Shown in pieces: positions 62,513-64,000 of a DNA stretch of 64,000 nucleotides. Source of the DNA: Paraglomus brasilianum (taxonomy: Eukaryota); contig CAJVPI010000016.1 of the NCBI GenBank assembly GCA_910592345.1, positions 1 through 64,000 on the forward strand, read 5' to 3'. Below the pieces are notes generated by a model, which saw nothing but the letters and a program-made list of their open reading frames with translations, did not search any database and was not told the DNA's origin. Both the position numbers and the translations under genes were made by a program. The stretch's first letter is position 1. Every line of letters starts with the position of its first letter.

Positions 62513-64000
62513 ATGATTATCTATATGTTGTCACATCTTACGTCTAATGTTATGATATCTACTCTCGAGACATAACTATTTAAATTGTCTAAATCATTAC
62601 CCATGTCGTCATTCGGTGACGCTTATTCTATGTATGCTTCAATTGTCTTAAACATCCTTTCTTCACCCTTAATTATGATTAATTGACTTTAATTAGCATC
62701 TCGATTGCTGTTGGTCTAGCGTTTTGTTGTGGTATGCGAATTGCCTTGCCTGGATTAATTTCGGCTAACCTTAATAAATTAAATGCAAGCTTCTCTAACT
62801 ATAATTATAAAGACTGAATTAGAAATACATAAATAGTAGTAGTAATATAATAAATGTAAAATTAACTGATGAGAAATTTAGTATTTGTTTTGTATGCTGC
62901 AAATCAACTAACCTGTTTGACTAAAAATAAATATCGCACTTATAATAATGCTGGTTTAATATTGGCTTTGTTGATTCTGTTTTCTCTTCCGATGTATCGT
63001 TGGTTATCAAATATTTATACACACGGTATTTCAGTCTGTCCCATAATCCGATTTAATAGTTTAACCAATCTCCGTATTTAAAGTTACAGTGCTCGTTTGA
63101 TGAGCCGGCTGGCATGTTTCATGCCCTTCTTCTTCCCCTACCGTCGAGACACGAAGATAATAACCAAAACAAATATATAGACAGATGGGTAAGCAAGAAC
63201 GTGTGTCACGGATATGAGTTACGTTCAGGGTGAAAAAGATAATCTACCGAATATTAGTGCATACACATCCGTTCGGTAGGATAGTGTTGTGTCTAATGCT
63301 GTGTCTAGTGTTGTGTAAGTAGTGTATCTCTATTGTATTAGTAATTAATTATTTGGATTATTAAATAAACAGAAGTTTAAATCACACAATCAATTTTCCG
63401 CCACTTATCGATTGGAAGCTTGTTGATATGCGTTGTGTAGATGATAATTTAATTTAACCTGTAAAACTACTCAGACCAAGTGCATTTAACTCAATTGCGG
63501 ATGGTGAAATGATGAATATTAATAAGAGGAGAAATCCGGTAGACCGAGTAATGACCGAAAGGGGTAAATAATGTCGAAGGTAATGATTATATGTACATAA
63601 TTTCCGATTATGCTGAAAGCGTGTTTCCCTTATTGTTATGCTCTGTACCCTTACATTTTTGCATGCCCGCTTACAAACTGTATTTACGGCATTTCATCTG
63701 AATAGCTTCTTGTTCTGCTTCTGTATGTCGACAATTATTAGGCTGACCATATTTGGTGATCACTTATTATTAAACAACGACCTCATTCAATGGATTCATT
63801 CGATACCCTTGGGATGGATGGATGTAATTAATAATAACTTGTGGATTATTGTATTTTACACTAATAGGGTAAATATACAAAATTTCGGTTTCAGATCTTT
63901 TCTTAAAAAAGTGTACAGATCGAATTATCCCACCAATTTTAGTGTGCTGCGGTTGGCTGTCGATTGGACAACGTGACCAGCTCAACGTGGCCAACTAAAC

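Noticed and set aside
63770..63994. Minus-strand ORF at the window edge
   Set aside because: Non-ATG start and no motif; could be a terminal exon of an outside gene but cannot be verified here.
1..64000. Remaining short ORFs in the track; tRNA, rRNA and CRISPR candidates
   Set aside because: The short ORFs are antisense or alternative-frame shadows of real genes, or low-complexity chance ORFs. No cloverleaf, rRNA-like block or repeat-spacer array was seen by eye.

Overview
AT-rich, intron-containing eukaryotic DNA, inferred to be from an early-diverging fungus (Mucoromycota-like). Ten protein-coding genes were assembled by hand from splice sites: a Skn7-type HSF factor lacking a receiver domain, Pin1/Ess1, an intronless BTB protein, a multipass membrane protein, MGM1, a zinc-finger+PHD protein, a MENTAL-like 4-TM protein, a mucin-like single-pass protein, RPS3 and VAC8. 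They are separated by long regions of transposon debris. The most notable object is a decayed IS607-type Fanzor2 element at about 21.86-23.48 kb. It has left-end direct repeats and a serine-recombinase (TnpA) remnant overlapping, in another frame, the N-terminus of a TnpB/Fanzor nuclease. The nuclease gene carries a spliceosomal intron that itself holds a Tc1/mariner MITE, and it is followed by a hairpin/pseudoknot region that looks like an omega-RNA scaffold. Also present: a snR48/SNORD60-like C/D snoRNA in RPS3 intron 1, a long-TIR Tc1 relic with a solo-LTR-like insertion, and several MITEs. All family calls rest on motif recognition by eye, not database searches. No tRNA, rRNA or CRISPR array was seen.
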